A DNA stretch of 64,000 nucleotides from Macrostomum lignano (taxonomy: Eukaryota). This document shows positions 35,806 through 50,059 of this stretch, one piece after another; within the stretch, counting starts at the first letter, position 1, and each line of letters starts with the position of its first letter. The notes beneath the pieces are model-generated. The model did not search any database and was not told the origin of the DNA. It saw nothing but the letters and a program-made list of their open reading frames with translations. The stretch is taken from NCBI GenBank assembly GCA_002269645.1, contig NIVC01002694.1, positions 85,213 through 149,212 on the forward strand. Direction: 5' to 3'. A program made the position numbers and the translations under genes.

Positions 35806-36574
35806 CGAATAGATTGGGCAGCCTATTTTCGAGCTCGCTACCACTCTACCTGAGAATTGTTGAAGATTACCTGACGAATTACCCAATATCGTTGTCCATC
35901 GAGTTTCACACGGTCAAATGTCTGTCGATATAGCATAATAATTAATTCACCATTCTGCTACTCGTATATTGACACCGGAAGACTGCTGGTTTCTGACACG
36001 CTGGCTGCAAAAGCAAATGGTTTCTTGTGTACTTCATTATTATCGTCCCGGACTATATGTAATGAGCGTAGTAAGTGCTATAAGCTCCATATGCATACAT
36101 GTAGAGCGCCAAGCAGCCAGTGTGCAACTGCCGCCTAGCATTTCAGAACTGCCATGGCCGACCTTTTGGACTGCCGAGCGCCAACTCTGTAGGGGCTGGC
36201 TGGCGGTTCTGTTCTGCAGGGCGGGAGAATTATTAAATCGTAACATTCGGTTACTTAGGATATGCTGGATCGCTGTCGAACTCTCAGTGGATTTGTCCTC
36301 CTCAATGAGCTAAGAAATCCTTGTTTGTGTTATTCCTATTCAACGCGGAAATTTTTAACAAAACTTATTGACACGTTTGACACAATTAACTCAGCAAAAA
36401 ATGGCGCATTTGTACGCAATTTTTACGCACTGTGCACGTTGATTCATATTTCTACGAGTAGTTTGTTTTATTATGCTTAACAGTATCGAAATTCCACTCT
36501 TTGGAATGCGCATCGCTGTGTCCATATTCTCTATTGCTCTCTAGTTATCTGCCATTCTCTATCTGCGTGTCTAT

Positions 36575-37070
<496 letters not shown>

Positions 37071-38107
37071 TAGTGTCTACGCTCGCAGATGCTACTGTCT
37101 GCTGTAGCGCCCATGTATGTCCTATAGTCAGCTTCAGTTTATTTATTAAGGTGGTTTATTCATTTCAAGGTGTCGGAACGCGAAAATTCGATATCAAACA
37201 GCGCGCCCTGTTAGCGGCACTACAGCGCTACCGCTAAAGCGGAGTTTAACACATCCAAACCCTCGTTCTGGTTGACTAAGAGAGAGAGAGAGAGAGAGAC
37301 CAGGACCAGCCAATGGCGGGGCAGCTAGTAACAATACTCTGACTACGATTGCACCATTCGATAAAGCTCACAGTTTCGCTCGAAAACACGGTCCCGACCG
37401 CTAGGAGCAAGGCCAGCTTTGCAGCAGAAAGGAGCTTACAGACGGATTTCCACATGAGAGCAGCCGGTGTTTCACTGCAATTTTGGATTGACAACTTTCA
37501 GAATTTTAACTGCTCTGTTCACAAGTAGATCTTTAAATAAGCAACTACAACCCGACAAATGTTCCAACCTTATTTGGGTAAGTGTTTCCACTCTCCTAAA
37601 CGCCTATTTCAATTTCTTACCTAGTAATTTATACAGAAAATCTGCGCGATAAAAACTTTTGCAGCTACTAGAAGAAGAAGAAGAAGCGGTTCGATTTCTG
37701 ATTGCCGGCACCATCGCCGGAAGCATCAGCAGCTACTTCTGCTACTGCTCTGGCTGGCCGCCTGTCTGACTCAAACCGAGGCGGCGGCGATTTCGGACAA
37801 CCGGCTGTCCTTGACAAGAACGGAGAGGATTCTGCAGCGTGGGAAAATTGTGCGACTGGCTGACGCGCTCAACAGGCAGCTGCTTTTCAACTTGCACAGC
37901 AACAGGTGAGTGGCTTTGAGCACTGCCGCGAGTCAAGGCCCCTGACTTTCCAATCGCCAGGCATTTAGCTCTCACTGGGCCTTGGGCAGGCGCGTCGCCA
38001 CCGGGGGACAGGGGGACATGCCAGTGCTTTGTCCCCCCCCACACTCCACCTTGTAAGTCGTTGTGGTAATCAATAATTTTTCTTCAGGGCGCCAAAATAT
38101 AGCGGCT

Positions 38108-38411
38108 GCGGCGCCAAAATGAGTGCCTGCGGTGCCAAAATGAGTGCCTGCGGCGCAAAAATGAGTGCCTGCGGCGCCAAAATGAGTGCCTGCGGCGCTA
38201 AAATGAGTGCCTGCGGCGCTAGAATGAGTGCCTGCGACGCTAAAATGAGTGCCTGCGGCGCCAAAATGAGTGCCTGCGACGCCAAAATGAGTGCCTGCGA
38301 CGCCAAAATGAGTGCCTGCGGCGCTAAAATGAGTGCCTGCGGCGCTAGAATGAGTGCCTGCGGCGCTAAAATGAGTGCCTGTGGCGCTAAAATGAGTGCC
38401 TGCGGCGCCAA
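38108..38411. repeat. 21-bp minisatellite, ~14 copies
   Basis: Unit AAAATGAGTGCCTGCGGCGC(C/T). Confidence 0.95.
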
Positions 38412-40049
38412 AGTGAATGCCAAAATTTAGTCATGTGCATGTACACGTCAAATTCTTGGCTTTGTCCCCCCCCACCATAAAATCGAAAGGGATGTCCCTG
38501 ACGAATCGATAGGGATCGATAGGGATTGCTACGAGTAATTTTCGTCAGCTAGCGCCAAATTTATGCGCGCGGAATCGAGCATAGCACAAGATTGCATCAA
38601 AACCGCGAAAGCAAAATCAAATCGACTTCAGCTTCTGCAAATTTGATTCCCAAATAATGAGAGCCCATGAGTAGATCTCTTCCCCGTGCACTGGCTTTTG
38701 GTGCCTGGAAAGAAACGAGACAAGTGCATTGCCTGGATGTAACAGACTTTCTCGTTAGCCGCACCTGGAGGCGATTAATAATTGTTAGGGATTGGCCGAA
38801 GTCAAAATTTTAGGACAGAAAGGGGGCAAGAAAGCGTTGCGGAGGGTTAGGAAAGTCGGCAAGAAAAAGTGGAAAGTCCCAGCAGTATGCGGTTGTCCAC
38901 TCTGGAAGCGTGTATCATCCGGGACGTACGAGCATCTAATTCCACTACTGTGTCTGGGTCGCCTCCCCAAACCGCCCACCCCATCCCCACACTCATTTCA
39001 CTTTTTTGGCCAGAAATTAGGGGATGAAGAGAATTGAGGGCGGCGGCGGCGCCTAGTTTTCAAAAGCGGCCCAGGAAACAGAAGAGCAAAAAGAGGGAGA
39101 GGGGAGAGAGAGACAGAAAAAGGAAGCCCGAAAGAAAACTAGCTTAGGTAGAAAAATGACCAGAAGACAGAAGGGCATCAGCTGCGTTTTGGCATCGGGC
39201 AAGCGACGTCTCGTTGCCAAGGGGCTTGTGATCCACTTCTCCGTAGCCGCTGCCTCCCCGCCCCGTTCTGACAACGTCAAAAGATGCCGCCTCGGCTGGT
39301 CAAAGAGGTCCAGCCTGCATTGGGGTATACGCTGTCCTTTAAAACAGGCGGCGGGCGAAGGTTGAACGAGTCTGTGTGTGTGTGTGTATTGCGAATACGT
39401 CTGGAGGAGAGGAGAGGTTGCCTCTTCTCCATCCAGGGGCTATATCCGATTCTTTTCCTCTCTGTTTCCCGGGACAGAAACTCCGGGCGGAGGGAGTTTG
39501 GTGGGTTCTTCAAGCCTTGTCTTCTTTGCTACCCTACACATTACCGTTTAGGCTCACAACCTAACTATTACATTGCTACAATGCTGCACATACACGCGGT
39601 CTCTGTGTGAGCCTCCCCCGTCTCTGACCTTTATTAGTTCATCAGTCGGTCGGGTCGCTCTGTGTGTGCGCGCTCGTGTGTGACGATTTTCTCCTCTAAA
39701 TTTTGGACGAATTAGTTTTCTAGATGGGAGCGACAGAGAGAGAAATCGGTATTATTTTTGTATTACCTTTAAACCCGATGGATACAGCGATTGCTAGACG
39801 GGGTTGAGGGTGCACAGTACAAGGGGGGAGGCTAAAACCGCGTCTGTCACTTTGTGTCCTGTCAATGTAGTAATAATGAGTTTCTAGGGTCCCTCGGCAG
39901 TGATCGGTTAGTCAGTGCCCTGGATGCAATTTCTCTGCTGGAATAAGCTGAACGGTGAGCCTAAATTGTTTTTCTTACCAGAGTTTTAAGTATCAAATTT
40001 GAAGTACGGTCTGTAAAAATGATCAACGCTGGTGGTCATTAGAGTTTGG

Positions 40050-43000
40050 GTTGGTGAAGTGTCTGGTTGGAAAAGTGTCTGGTTGGTGAAGTGTCTGGTT
40101 GGTGAAGTGTCTGGTTGGTGAAGTGTCTGATTGGTGAAGTGTCTGGTTGGTGAAGTGTCTGGTTGGTGAAGTGTTTGGTTGATGAATTGCCTGGTTGGTT
40201 AAGTGTTTGGTTGATGAATTGTCTGGTTGGTGAAGTGTCTGGTTGGTGAAGTGTCTGGTTGGTAAAGTGCCTGGTTGATGAATTGCCTGGTTGGTGAAGT
40301 GTCTGGTTGGTTAAGTGTTTGGTTGATGAATTGTCTGGTTGGGGAAGTGTCTGGTTGGTTAAGTGTTTGGTTGATGAATTGTCTGGTTGGTGAAGTGTCT
40401 GGTTGGTGAAGTGTCTGGTTGGTAAAGTGTTTGGTTGATGAATTGCCTGGTTGGTGAAGTGTCTCGTTGGTGAATTGTCTGGTTGGTGAAGTGTTTGGTT
40501 GGTGAAGTGTCTGGTTGATGAATTGTCTGGTTGGTGAATTGTCTGGTTGGTGAAGTGTTTGGTTGATGAATTGTCTGGTTGGTGAAGTGTCTGGTTGGTA
40601 AAGTGTTTGGTTGATGAATTGCCTGGTTGGTGAAGTGCCTCGTTGGTGAATTGTCTGGTTGGTGAAGTGTTTGGTTGATGAATTGCCTGGTTGGTGAAGT
40701 GTCTCGTTGGTGAATTGTCTGGTTGGTGAAGTGTTTGGTTGGTGAAGTGTCTAGTTGATGAATTGTCTGGTTGGTGAATTGTCTGGTTGGTGAAGTGTCT
40801 GGTTGGTGAATTGTCTGGTTGGTGAAGTGTCTGGTTGGTGAATTATCGGGTTAGTGAAGTGTTTGGCTGATGAATTGGCTGGTTGATGAATTGCCTGGTT
40901 GGTGAAGTGTCTCGTTGGTGAATTGTCTGGTTGGTGAAGTGTTTGGTTGATGAATTGTCTGGTTGGTGAATTGTCTGGTTGGTAAAGTGTTTGGCTGATG
41001 AATTATTGTCTGGTTGGTGAATTGTCTGGTTGGTGAAGTGTCTGGATGGTGAAGTGTCTGGTTGGTGAAGTGTCTGGTTGGTGAAGTGTCTGGTTGGTGA
41101 AGTGTCTGGTTGGTGAAGTGCCTGGTTGGTGAAGTGTCTGGTTAGTGAAGTGTTTGGTTGGAAAAGTATCTGGTTGGTGAAGTGTCTGGTTGGTGAAGTG
41201 TTTGGTTGGGGAAGTGTCTGGTTGGTGAAGTGTCTGGTTGGTGAATTGTCTGGTTGGTGAAGTGTTTGGCTGATGAATTATTGTCTGGTTGGTGAATTGT
41301 CTGGTTGGTGAAGTGTCTGGTTGGTGAAGTGTCTGGTTGGTGAAGTGTCTGATTGGTGAAGTATCTGGTTGGTGAAGTATCTGGTTGGTGAAGTGTTTGG
41401 TTGGTGAAGTGTCTGGTTGGTGAAGTGTCTGGTTGGTGAAGTGTCTGGTTGGTGAATTGTCGGGTTAGTGAAGTGTTTGGCTGATGAATTGGCTGGTTGT
41501 TGAATTGTATTGTTGGTGAATTGTCTTGTTGGTGAAGTGTCTGATTGATCAAGTGTTTGGTTGATGAATTGTCTGGTTGGTGAATTGTCGGGTTGGTGAA
41601 GTGTTTGGTTGATGAATTGCCTGGTTCGTGAAGTGTCTCGTTGGTGAATTGTCTGGTTGGCGAAGTGTTTGGTTGATGAATTGTCTGGTTGGTGAATTGT
41701 CTGGTTGGTAAAGTGTTTGGCTGATGAATTATTGTCTGGTTGGTGAATTGTCTGGTTGGTGAAGTGTCTGGTTGGTGAAGTGTCTGGTTGGTGAAGTATC
41801 TGGTTGGTGAAGTGTTTGGTTGGTGAAGTGTCTGGTTGGTGAATTATCGGGTTAGTGAAGTGTTTGGCTGATGAATTGGCTGGTTGATGAATTGCCTGGT
41901 TGGTGAAGTGTCTCGTTGGTGAATTGTCTGGTTGGTGAAGTGTTTGGTTGATGAATTGTCTGGTTGGTGAATTGTCTGGTTGGTAAAGTGTTTGGCTGAT
42001 GAATTATTGTCTGGTTGGTGAAGTGTCTGGATGGTGAAGTGTCTGGTTGGTAAAGTGTTTGGCTGATGAATTATTGTCTGGTTGGTGAAGTGTCTGGTTG
42101 GTGAAGTGCCTGGTTGGTGAAGTGTCTGGTTGGGGAAGTGTCTGGTTGGTGAAGTGTCTGGTTGGTGAAGTGCCTGGTTGGTGAAGTGTCTGGTTAGTGA
42201 AGTGTTTGGTTGGAAAAGTATCTGGTTGGTGAAGTGTCTGGTTGGTGAAGTGTTTGGTTGGTGAAGTGTCTGGTTGGTGAATTGTCTGGTTGGTGAAGTG
42301 TCTGGTTGGTGAAGTGTCTGGTTGGTGAAGTGTCTGGTTGGTGAAGTGTCTGGTTGGGGAAGTGTCTGGTTGGGGAAGTGTCTGGTTGGTGAATTGTCTG
42401 GTTGGGGAAGTGTCTGGTTGGTGAAGTGTCTGGTTGGTGAAGTGTCTGGTTGGTGAAGTGCCTGGTTGGTGAAGTGTCTGGTTAGTGAAGTGTTTGGTTG
42501 GAAAAGTATCTGGTTGGTGAAGTGTCTGGTTGGTGAAGTGTTTGGTTGGGGAAGTGTCTGGTTGGTGAAGTGTCTGGTTGGTGAATTGTCTGGTTGGTGA
42601 AGTGTTTGGCTGATGAATTATTGTCTGGTTGGTGAATTGTCTGGTTGGTGAAGTGTCTGGTTGGTGAAGTGTCTGGTTGGTGAAGTGTCTGGTTGGTGAA
42701 GTATCTGGTTGGTGAAGTATCTGGTTGGTGAAGTGTTTGGTTGGTGAAGTGTCTGGTTGGTGAAGTGTCTGGTTGGTGAAGTGTCTGGTTGGTGAATTGT
42801 CGGGTTAGTGAAGTGTTTGGCTGATGAATTGGCTGGTTGTTGAATTGTATTGTTGGTGAATTGTCTTGTTGGTGAAGTGTCTGATTGATCAAGTGTTTGG
42901 TTGATGAATTGTCTGGTTGGTGAATTGTCGGGTTGGTGAAGTGTTTGGTTGATGAATTGCCTGGTTCGTGAAGTGTCTCGTTGGTGAATTGTCTGGTTGG

Positions 43001-44527
43001 CGAAGTGTTTGGTTGATGAATTGTCTGGTTGGTGAATTGTCTGGTTGGTAAAGTGTTTGGCTGATGAATTATTGTCTGGTTGGTGAATTGTCTGGTTGGT
43101 GAAGTGTCTGGTTGGTGAAGTGTCTGGTTGGTGAAGTATCTGGTTGGTGAAGTGTTTGGTTGGTGAAGTGTCTGGTTGGTGAATTATCGGGTTAGTGAAG
43201 TGTTTGGCTGATGAATTGGCTGGTTGATGAATTGCCTGGTTGGTGAAGTGTCTCGTTGGTGAATTGTCTGGTTGGTGAAGTGTTTGGTTGATGAATTGTC
43301 TGGTTGGTGAATTGTCTGGTTGGTAAAGTGTTTGGCTGATGAATTATTGTCTGGTTGGTGAAGTGTCTGGATGGTGAAGTGTCTGGTTGGTAAAGTGTTT
43401 GGCTGATGAATTATTGTCTGGTTGGTGAAGTGTCTGGTTGGTGAAGTGCCTGGTTGGTGAAGTGTCTGGTTAGTGAAGTGTTTGGTTGGAAAAGTATCTG
43501 GTTGGTGAAGTGTCTGGTTGGTGAAGTGTTTGGTTGGGGAAGTGTCTGGTTGGTGAAGTGTCTGGTTGGTGAAGTGCCTGGTTGGTGAAGTGTCTGGTTA
43601 GTGAAGTGTTTGGTTGGAAAAGTATCTGGTTGGTGAAGTGTCTGGTTGGTGAAGTGTTTGGTTGGTGAAGTGTCTGGTTGGTGAATTGTCTGGTTGGTGA
43701 AGTGTCTGGTTGGTGAAGTGTCTGGTTGGTGAAGTGTCTGGTTGGTGAAGTGTCTGGTTGGGGAAGTGTCTGGTTGGGGAAGTGTCTGGTTGGTGAATTG
43801 TCTGGTTGGGGAAGTGTCTGGTTGGTGAAGTGTCTGGTTGGTGAAGTGTCTGGTTGGTGAAGTGTCTGGTTGGTGAAGTGTCTGGTTGGTGAAGTGTCTG
43901 GTTGGGGAAGTGTCTGGTTGGTGAATTATCTGGTTGGTGAAGTGTCTGGTTGGTGAATTGTCTGGTTGGTGAAGTGTCTGGTTGGTGAAGTGTTTGGTTG
44001 GTGAAGTGTCTGGTTGGTGAAGTGTTTGGTTGATGAATTGTCTGGTTGGTGAAGTGTCTGGTTGGTGAAGTGTCTGGTTGGGGAAGTGTCTGGTTGGTGA
44101 AGTGTCTGGTTGGTGAAGTGTCTGGTTGGTGAAGTGTCTGGTTGGTGAAGTGTCTGGTTGGTGAAGTGTTTGGTTGGGGAAGTGTCTGGTTAGTGAAGTG
44201 TCTGGTTGGGGAAGTGTCTGGTTGGAAAAGTGTCTGGTTGGTGAAGTGTCTGGTTGGGGAAGTGTCTGGTTGGGGAAGTGTCTGGTTGGTGAAGTGTTTG
44301 GTTGGGGAAGTGTCTGGTTAGTGAAGTGTCTGGTTGGTGAAGTGTCTGGTTGGAAAAGTGTCTGGTTGGTGAAGTGTCTGGTTGGTGAAGTGTCTGGTTG
44401 GTGAAGTGTCTGGTTGGGGAAGTGTCTGGTTGGTGAAGTGTTTGGTTGGGGAAGTGTCTGGTTAGTGAAGTGTCTGGTTGGTGAAGTGTCTGGTTGGAAA
44501 AGTGTCTGGTTGGTGAAGTGTCTGGTT
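40050..44527. repeat. 16-bp satellite array (~4.5 kb, ~280 units) with higher-order duplication
   Basis: Unit CTGGTTGGTGAAGTGT with variants. Near-identical variant blocks lie 1340 bp apart (ORFs 41142-41552 and 42482-42892 give identical translations). Confidence 0.97.
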
Positions 44528-46197
44528 AAAGAAGTTTCATCCTGAGACTGAAATCGAAAAGCATTTACGACATAAATCGTCAATATGAACAGCAGCAAGT
44601 CAGGAATTGACTTCCCCTACAATAAAATTTCTGCTGGAGGAGTCTGCAATGTCAGAATATCTTACGCTGAAAGGAGAAGGGGTGCAGAAAACTCTCTCGG
44701 AAAGTGATTATCGTCCAGGGTTTTGAGCGCGACTCTGTCCTGTCTGCCTGCCTGTCGGCCATCACATTGAAGATAACAGGAACTCCTACCGGAGAAAAAT
44801 AAGTTTGACTCAAATCTGAAGGACGACCCACTTAGGCTGCCGCACTGCTGATCTAATCAGTCTGAGAGCATCCTGGATGCAAATTGAATTGCTCGACTGA
44901 GACGCCAACCGACTGGCAAACCAAGTCCACCCAGGGACAGAGTGCAGGGATACCAATTGCGGTACCTCGGGACGGGTCAGAGTACAAAACAAATTGACGC
45001 TTACTAGCTCATAGCTTGCACTGTTGTGAGAGACATTGGCGCCGTATAAATTTCATTGGAGCCTTCTTGGCCATGATGGACTTGGCTGATGGGCTCCTTT
45101 AAAATTTAATAGCCGGCTCTTTAACTGCACACAGTTCGAATTCACGAGCGAGATAGTGCGTTGGGTAGATGACTGTTAATTGAGTTACCAAGAGACTTCA
45201 GTGAAAGTTGGGAAAAATCTTGGAAGAGGTTGGCGAGAGAGAAGATGTTGGTGGTTGCGTCGAATTTCAAAGAGATGAAAAGCATGAAGATGCAACAGAC
45301 AGAACAGTGGCAGCAGTGTTGATTGGCACCGGAACCCCTGCCGATCATAGCTATATTTCAAACTGTCAAATACTCGTAAAAGACAAATTTCAGGTGCGGA
45401 TTTTATGACGGCGGCAAAACTGATAATAGAGAGCGTCATAAAAAGGCGCCGGTTGTTACCCCAACCCACCCCCATCCAACCGTTTTTTTACGCTTCGCAG
45501 ATGGCTGCAAGGCCCCTGGATGTGCGCAGAATCCCCGACCCAGGCCCCCGTCCCGCCTCCCAGTCAACATCATAATGCAGCTCCGCAGCCCACCTATGGC
45601 GAAAATTGGATCGGAGAGAAATCAATATATTTATATATAGACACTTCTTACTTATTTGACGGCATCAAATGAGAGTTGAACGACTAGCTGCCATGGCACC
45701 CACCGAGCAGCATGTCGCCTCCTTATAGCTATAGCTTTAGCGGCTATATTTTATTCATAGCAAAAGTCTGGATTCAATACTATAATCCAGACAGGCTGGT
45801 AGACGCAGCAAAAATCGAGGCAGCAGCGAGCGGGTGAGCGGGACAGGCGCTTTTCTTTTTTTTAAAAAAGCTCGAATGCACCAAAACAAAGTGCTGATGC
45901 AGGCAATTGAAGCCGCGCTCTGCACAGGCCGGAATAGTAAACACAGAAACAGTAAGTGCGTCTATTGTGACTCATGCAAAGCCGAAAACGACAGACGCCA
46001 GCAAAGTTGCCAGACTAGTAATTCGCGGCCAAGTTCATTTGGTATTGGGATTTAAAACTGGTAGCCATTGGGGCTGCTAGTCTTTTGTGAGGCTAACCCT
46101 TCCCCTAATTCTCTAGATGATTTTGGAAGACGTTGCTTGACAATGCAGCAATCAAAACATTCATTCCGTTTGACTCCAGCCACTCCGACTTCTAATA

Positions 46198-46925
46198 ACC
46201 CCCAATTAAGAATACGGTGCTTGACACTCCAGCCACCCCAACCCCCAATTAAGAATACGGTGCTTGACACTCCAGCCACCCCAACCCCCAATTAAGAATA
46301 CGGTGCTTGACACTCCAGCCACCCCAACCCCCGATTAAGAATACGGTGCTTGACACTCCAGCCACCCCAACCTCCAATTAAGAATACGGTGCTTGACACT
46401 CCAGCCACCCCAACCTCCAATTAAGAATACGGTGCTTGACACTCCAGCCACCCCAACCTCCAATTAAGAATACGGTGCTTGACACTCCAGCCACCCCAAC
46501 CTCCAATTAAGAATACGGTGCTTGACACTCCAGCCACCCCAACCTCCAATTAAGAATACGGTGCTTGACACTCCAGCCACCCCAACCCCGATTAAGAATA
46601 CGGTGCTTGACACTCCAGCCACCCCAACCTCCAATTAAGAATACGGTGCTTGACACTCCAGCCACCCCAACCCCCGATTAAGAATACGGTGCTTGACACT
46701 CCAGCCACCCCAACCTCCAATTAAGAATACGGTGCTTGACACTCCAGCCACCCCAACCCCCGATTAAGAATACGGTGCTTGACACTCCAGCCCGCCCAAC
46801 CCCCGATTAAGAATACGGTGCTTGACACTCCAGCCACCCCAACCCCCAATTAAGAATACGGTGCTTGACACTCCAGCCACCCCAACCCCCAATTAAAAAT
46901 ACGATGCTTGACACTCTAGCCACCC
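46198..46925. repeat. 43-bp minisatellite, ~17 copies
   Basis: Unit CCAATTAAGAATACGGTGCTTGACACTCCAGCCACCCCAACC(C/T). Confidence 0.95.
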
Positions 46926-49104
46926 CTAAACCTCCATTTGACATGACTCCAGCCACTGACGCCACATCTTGCGGGGCAGCGCAGTGCTCTAATTTTAGTC
47001 CAGTTGGAACGAAAATCCGATTAAAATAATTTGTGTTTACATCGCAGCAGAAAAATGTGCCCGCTAAGCTTGCACTTTAAATTTGGTTGAGAAGGCTAGG
47101 ACGAGAGACAAATTGCCCAGGGATTATTCAAATTTTTGATGTAGCAAAGTGCCACAGCACTGAATGGCCTTTAATATAATCGCATGGGCCGTTTTGTGTG
47201 GCTAGGGCGAAAATTTATTCAGAAAAACCGGCCAGACAGACTGAAAAATCTCTAAACCCAGCCCCTAAAGCGTGGGCGTTAGCGACCACGGTAATTCGAG
47301 TATTGGATGGACGCGCTGGTGCTTTTTATTCTTCAGCTCGAACCGGCTCAAACGGGTTGTGTTGTTTTAACGCGATCAATTTTTATTCTGTAGAGATGGA
47401 GCAGACTGCATGGCGCCCCGGGCCATAATTAATAATTGATGATCGGTTGCTGTTGCTGTTGCCGCTCAGGCGTTTTTCCGCTTCAAGGGATTTCTGCCCC
47501 GGCGGGAGCAAAAAAGAATAGGCAGCGCACGTACTCCACTTAGCTCGGGTTATCAACCAGTTCGAGTCGGAGATTACTGTACAGGTAATAAGGCTGCGGA
47601 CGAATTCCTAAATTGGAGAAGGAACTGGCGTTCCTTCGAACACTCTGCATCCGGGTAGGAGGATTTAAGCAGCTTGTCTGCGCGTGGCGAAGAATTAATT
47701 GGTTGAATAGTGAGGAAAATGGAGCTTCTTATCGGTCTCCATCTCTCCTCTCCTCTCTGCTGTTTCAACTCGAGTATTAATAGAAGCGTTTATTAAGTGC
47801 AATTATTTGTGTCGAACTGTGGCAAAGCAAAGACAAATCTGAAAAATTAGACACTGAATTTTATATTTTTTTCAACAATGATGTCTGTCTATAATGATTG
47901 ATGTCGTTGTCGGTTATTGCATGGCAACACGAATGCCATGCCATGTGGTTATCAATAAACTGATTGGGAAAATATTGGGACCCCCTGGATCCTCGATCCA
48001 GTTAGTTTAAGCTACTGCTTGATATATTTTTAAGCTATATAACTTATAAAAGGTGAACGATTTTTTCCTGTTAACTGGGGACCCCATTGACCCCCATCCC
48101 CTGGATTGGGCAAGTGTATGAAACCGATTAATTTGGGAAACGGAGAAAATATGCTTTATAATGGGGCAGATATGGAGAATTTTCTGAGACCCTGGGAGTT
48201 TGAATTGGTTGCAGTAAGGCATCGGGAAATTAATAAGAGGAAGAGGGAATTTCTGACAGGACTCGACCCGAATATTTACCTGTTGGCTGCAGTTGGCATT
48301 TTGAGTAAAGAGTCTCTGCTTCTGACTTTCGATGCCTGTCCGCCGCTTCTAATTGATTCGGACAAACACCGGCCACGGCTCGGGGTCGGGGGGGGGGGGT
48401 CGGAGAGGGGCGGGGCTGCCAGACTCCCCAAATTTGGCTCGGCGCGGTCCTAACTTGGAAAGAGAATGATTTTTGTACCTGTTCAGTCAGAGCTGAAACT
48501 TATCAGCCAAGCCTGGCCGGGACAGGCTCGGCCCGCCCACACACGCACACCCGCCATCTACAAGCGGCAGTTACTCCTTACAGCGCTTTGCATATGCTTA
48601 ATTGCTGGCCCCAGTAAATTATGCAACACCGGCTGAATTAATGTACATAGCCTTCTCCTGCCCCCTACCTCTGTGCCTCTCCATAGAATTCTGATCTGAC
48701 CCGAGTCAGTTCTGCAGCTCTCCGCTGTCTGTTCTCTTTGATCTGCTGTCAGCTCGCCGTGTGCGAACACTTGCTAGAATTGAAATGCTGATTGAATGCT
48801 AATTACTGTGGAGAAAAAGATTGACGCGAAAAAATACGCAGAGAAAAATAGAAAGTCAATCTGTGTATGATAGATAAAGTCCAGAACGACTACCTTGTAC
48901 TAGATTAAAGCTATCAAGCTAAAACTATTATTTTTCTTTAGGTAATGGGGGACTTTGTTTGATAAATTTGAAGTCATTTACGAATTTTAACTTGCTACTC
49001 ATAAGGTTCTTAGTAGCATAATGCAAAAATTGAAATTAAAATACATATAGTCCGTCACAGAGGTCATTTTTTAAGCTTTCATCTTGCTAGCCTGACAAAT
49101 TCCC

Positions 49105-49685
49105 CATTCTGCTGGCCCGTCAACCCCTCATTCTGCTGGCCCGTCAACCCCTCATTCTGCTGGCCAGTCAACCCCTCATTCTGCTCGCCAGTCAACCCCT
49201 CATTCTGCTGGCCAGTCAACCCCTCATTCTGCTGGCCAGTCAACCCCTCATTCTGCTCGCCAGTCAACCCCTCATTCTGCTGGCCAGTCAACCCCTCATT
49301 CTGCTGGCCCGTCAACCCCTCATTCTGCTGGCCAGTCAACCCCTCATTCTGCTGGCCCGTCAACCCCTCATTCTGCTGGCCAGTCAACCCCTCATTCTGC
49401 TGGCCAGTCAACCCCTCATTCTTCTGGCCCGTCAACCCCTCATTCTGCTGGCCCGTCAACCCCTCATTCTGCTGGTCCGTCAACCCCTCATTCTGCTGGC
49501 CCGTCAACCCCTCATTCTGCTGGCCCGTCAACCCCTCATTCTGCTGGCCAGTCAACCCCTCATTCTGCTGGCCCGTCAACCCCTCATTCTGCTGGCCCGT
49601 CAACCCCTCATTCTGCTGGCCCGTCAACCCCTCATTCTGCTAGCCCGTCACCTCCCCATTCTTCTGGCTCGCCAACCCCCCATTT
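49105..49685. repeat. 24-bp minisatellite, ~23 copies
   Basis: Unit CCCTCATTCTGCTGGCC(C/A)GTCAAC. Confidence 0.95.
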
Positions 49686-50059
49686 TGCTGGCTCTCTGTC
49701 TCTGAATCTCTAAATTAAATTATTTGACTGCAACACTTATTTACAAAATATATTCCCTCAAAAATTGCAGTTTAGAGCAGCTGTCGATTCTGTCGGACCA
49801 AGAGGAGACTCCAGCGATTCTGTTTGCCACAGTGACGCCCTGCCTGAGCTCAGTGTCAATCAAATTCACCCAAGGCTTAATGGGAACTGGTGGCAAAATT
49901 TCGCCAATTAATAGTACCCTGATTAACAATCACTTGTTGATGTCGAGTTCAGGTAAGCTATTAAAATTCTAATCGAATACTTTTGTTAATAGTATCGGAT
50001 AATCCATAATAAGGCATAAAATAGTAGCTACACCAGGAGTTGGCGAGGAAATAATATAG

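Noticed and set aside
39286-39400. Possible HDV-like ribozyme (GCCGC..GCGGC stem, CTG-TCCTTTAAAA-CAG P3/L3-like hairpin, then GG and GCGAA)
   Set aside because: P1 is short and I could not find a P2 pairing to close the double pseudoknot. A covariance-model search would be needed.
43411-44598. 395-aa ORF with a signal-peptide-like start (MLLFILTIYVVNA) and T/Q/H/P-rich repeats, suggesting a mucin or adhesive protein
   Set aside because: It is the C-rich strand of a 16-bp satellite that lacks stops in all frames. The unit is not a multiple of 3 and variants do not preserve frame, so the hydrophobic start is probably chance.
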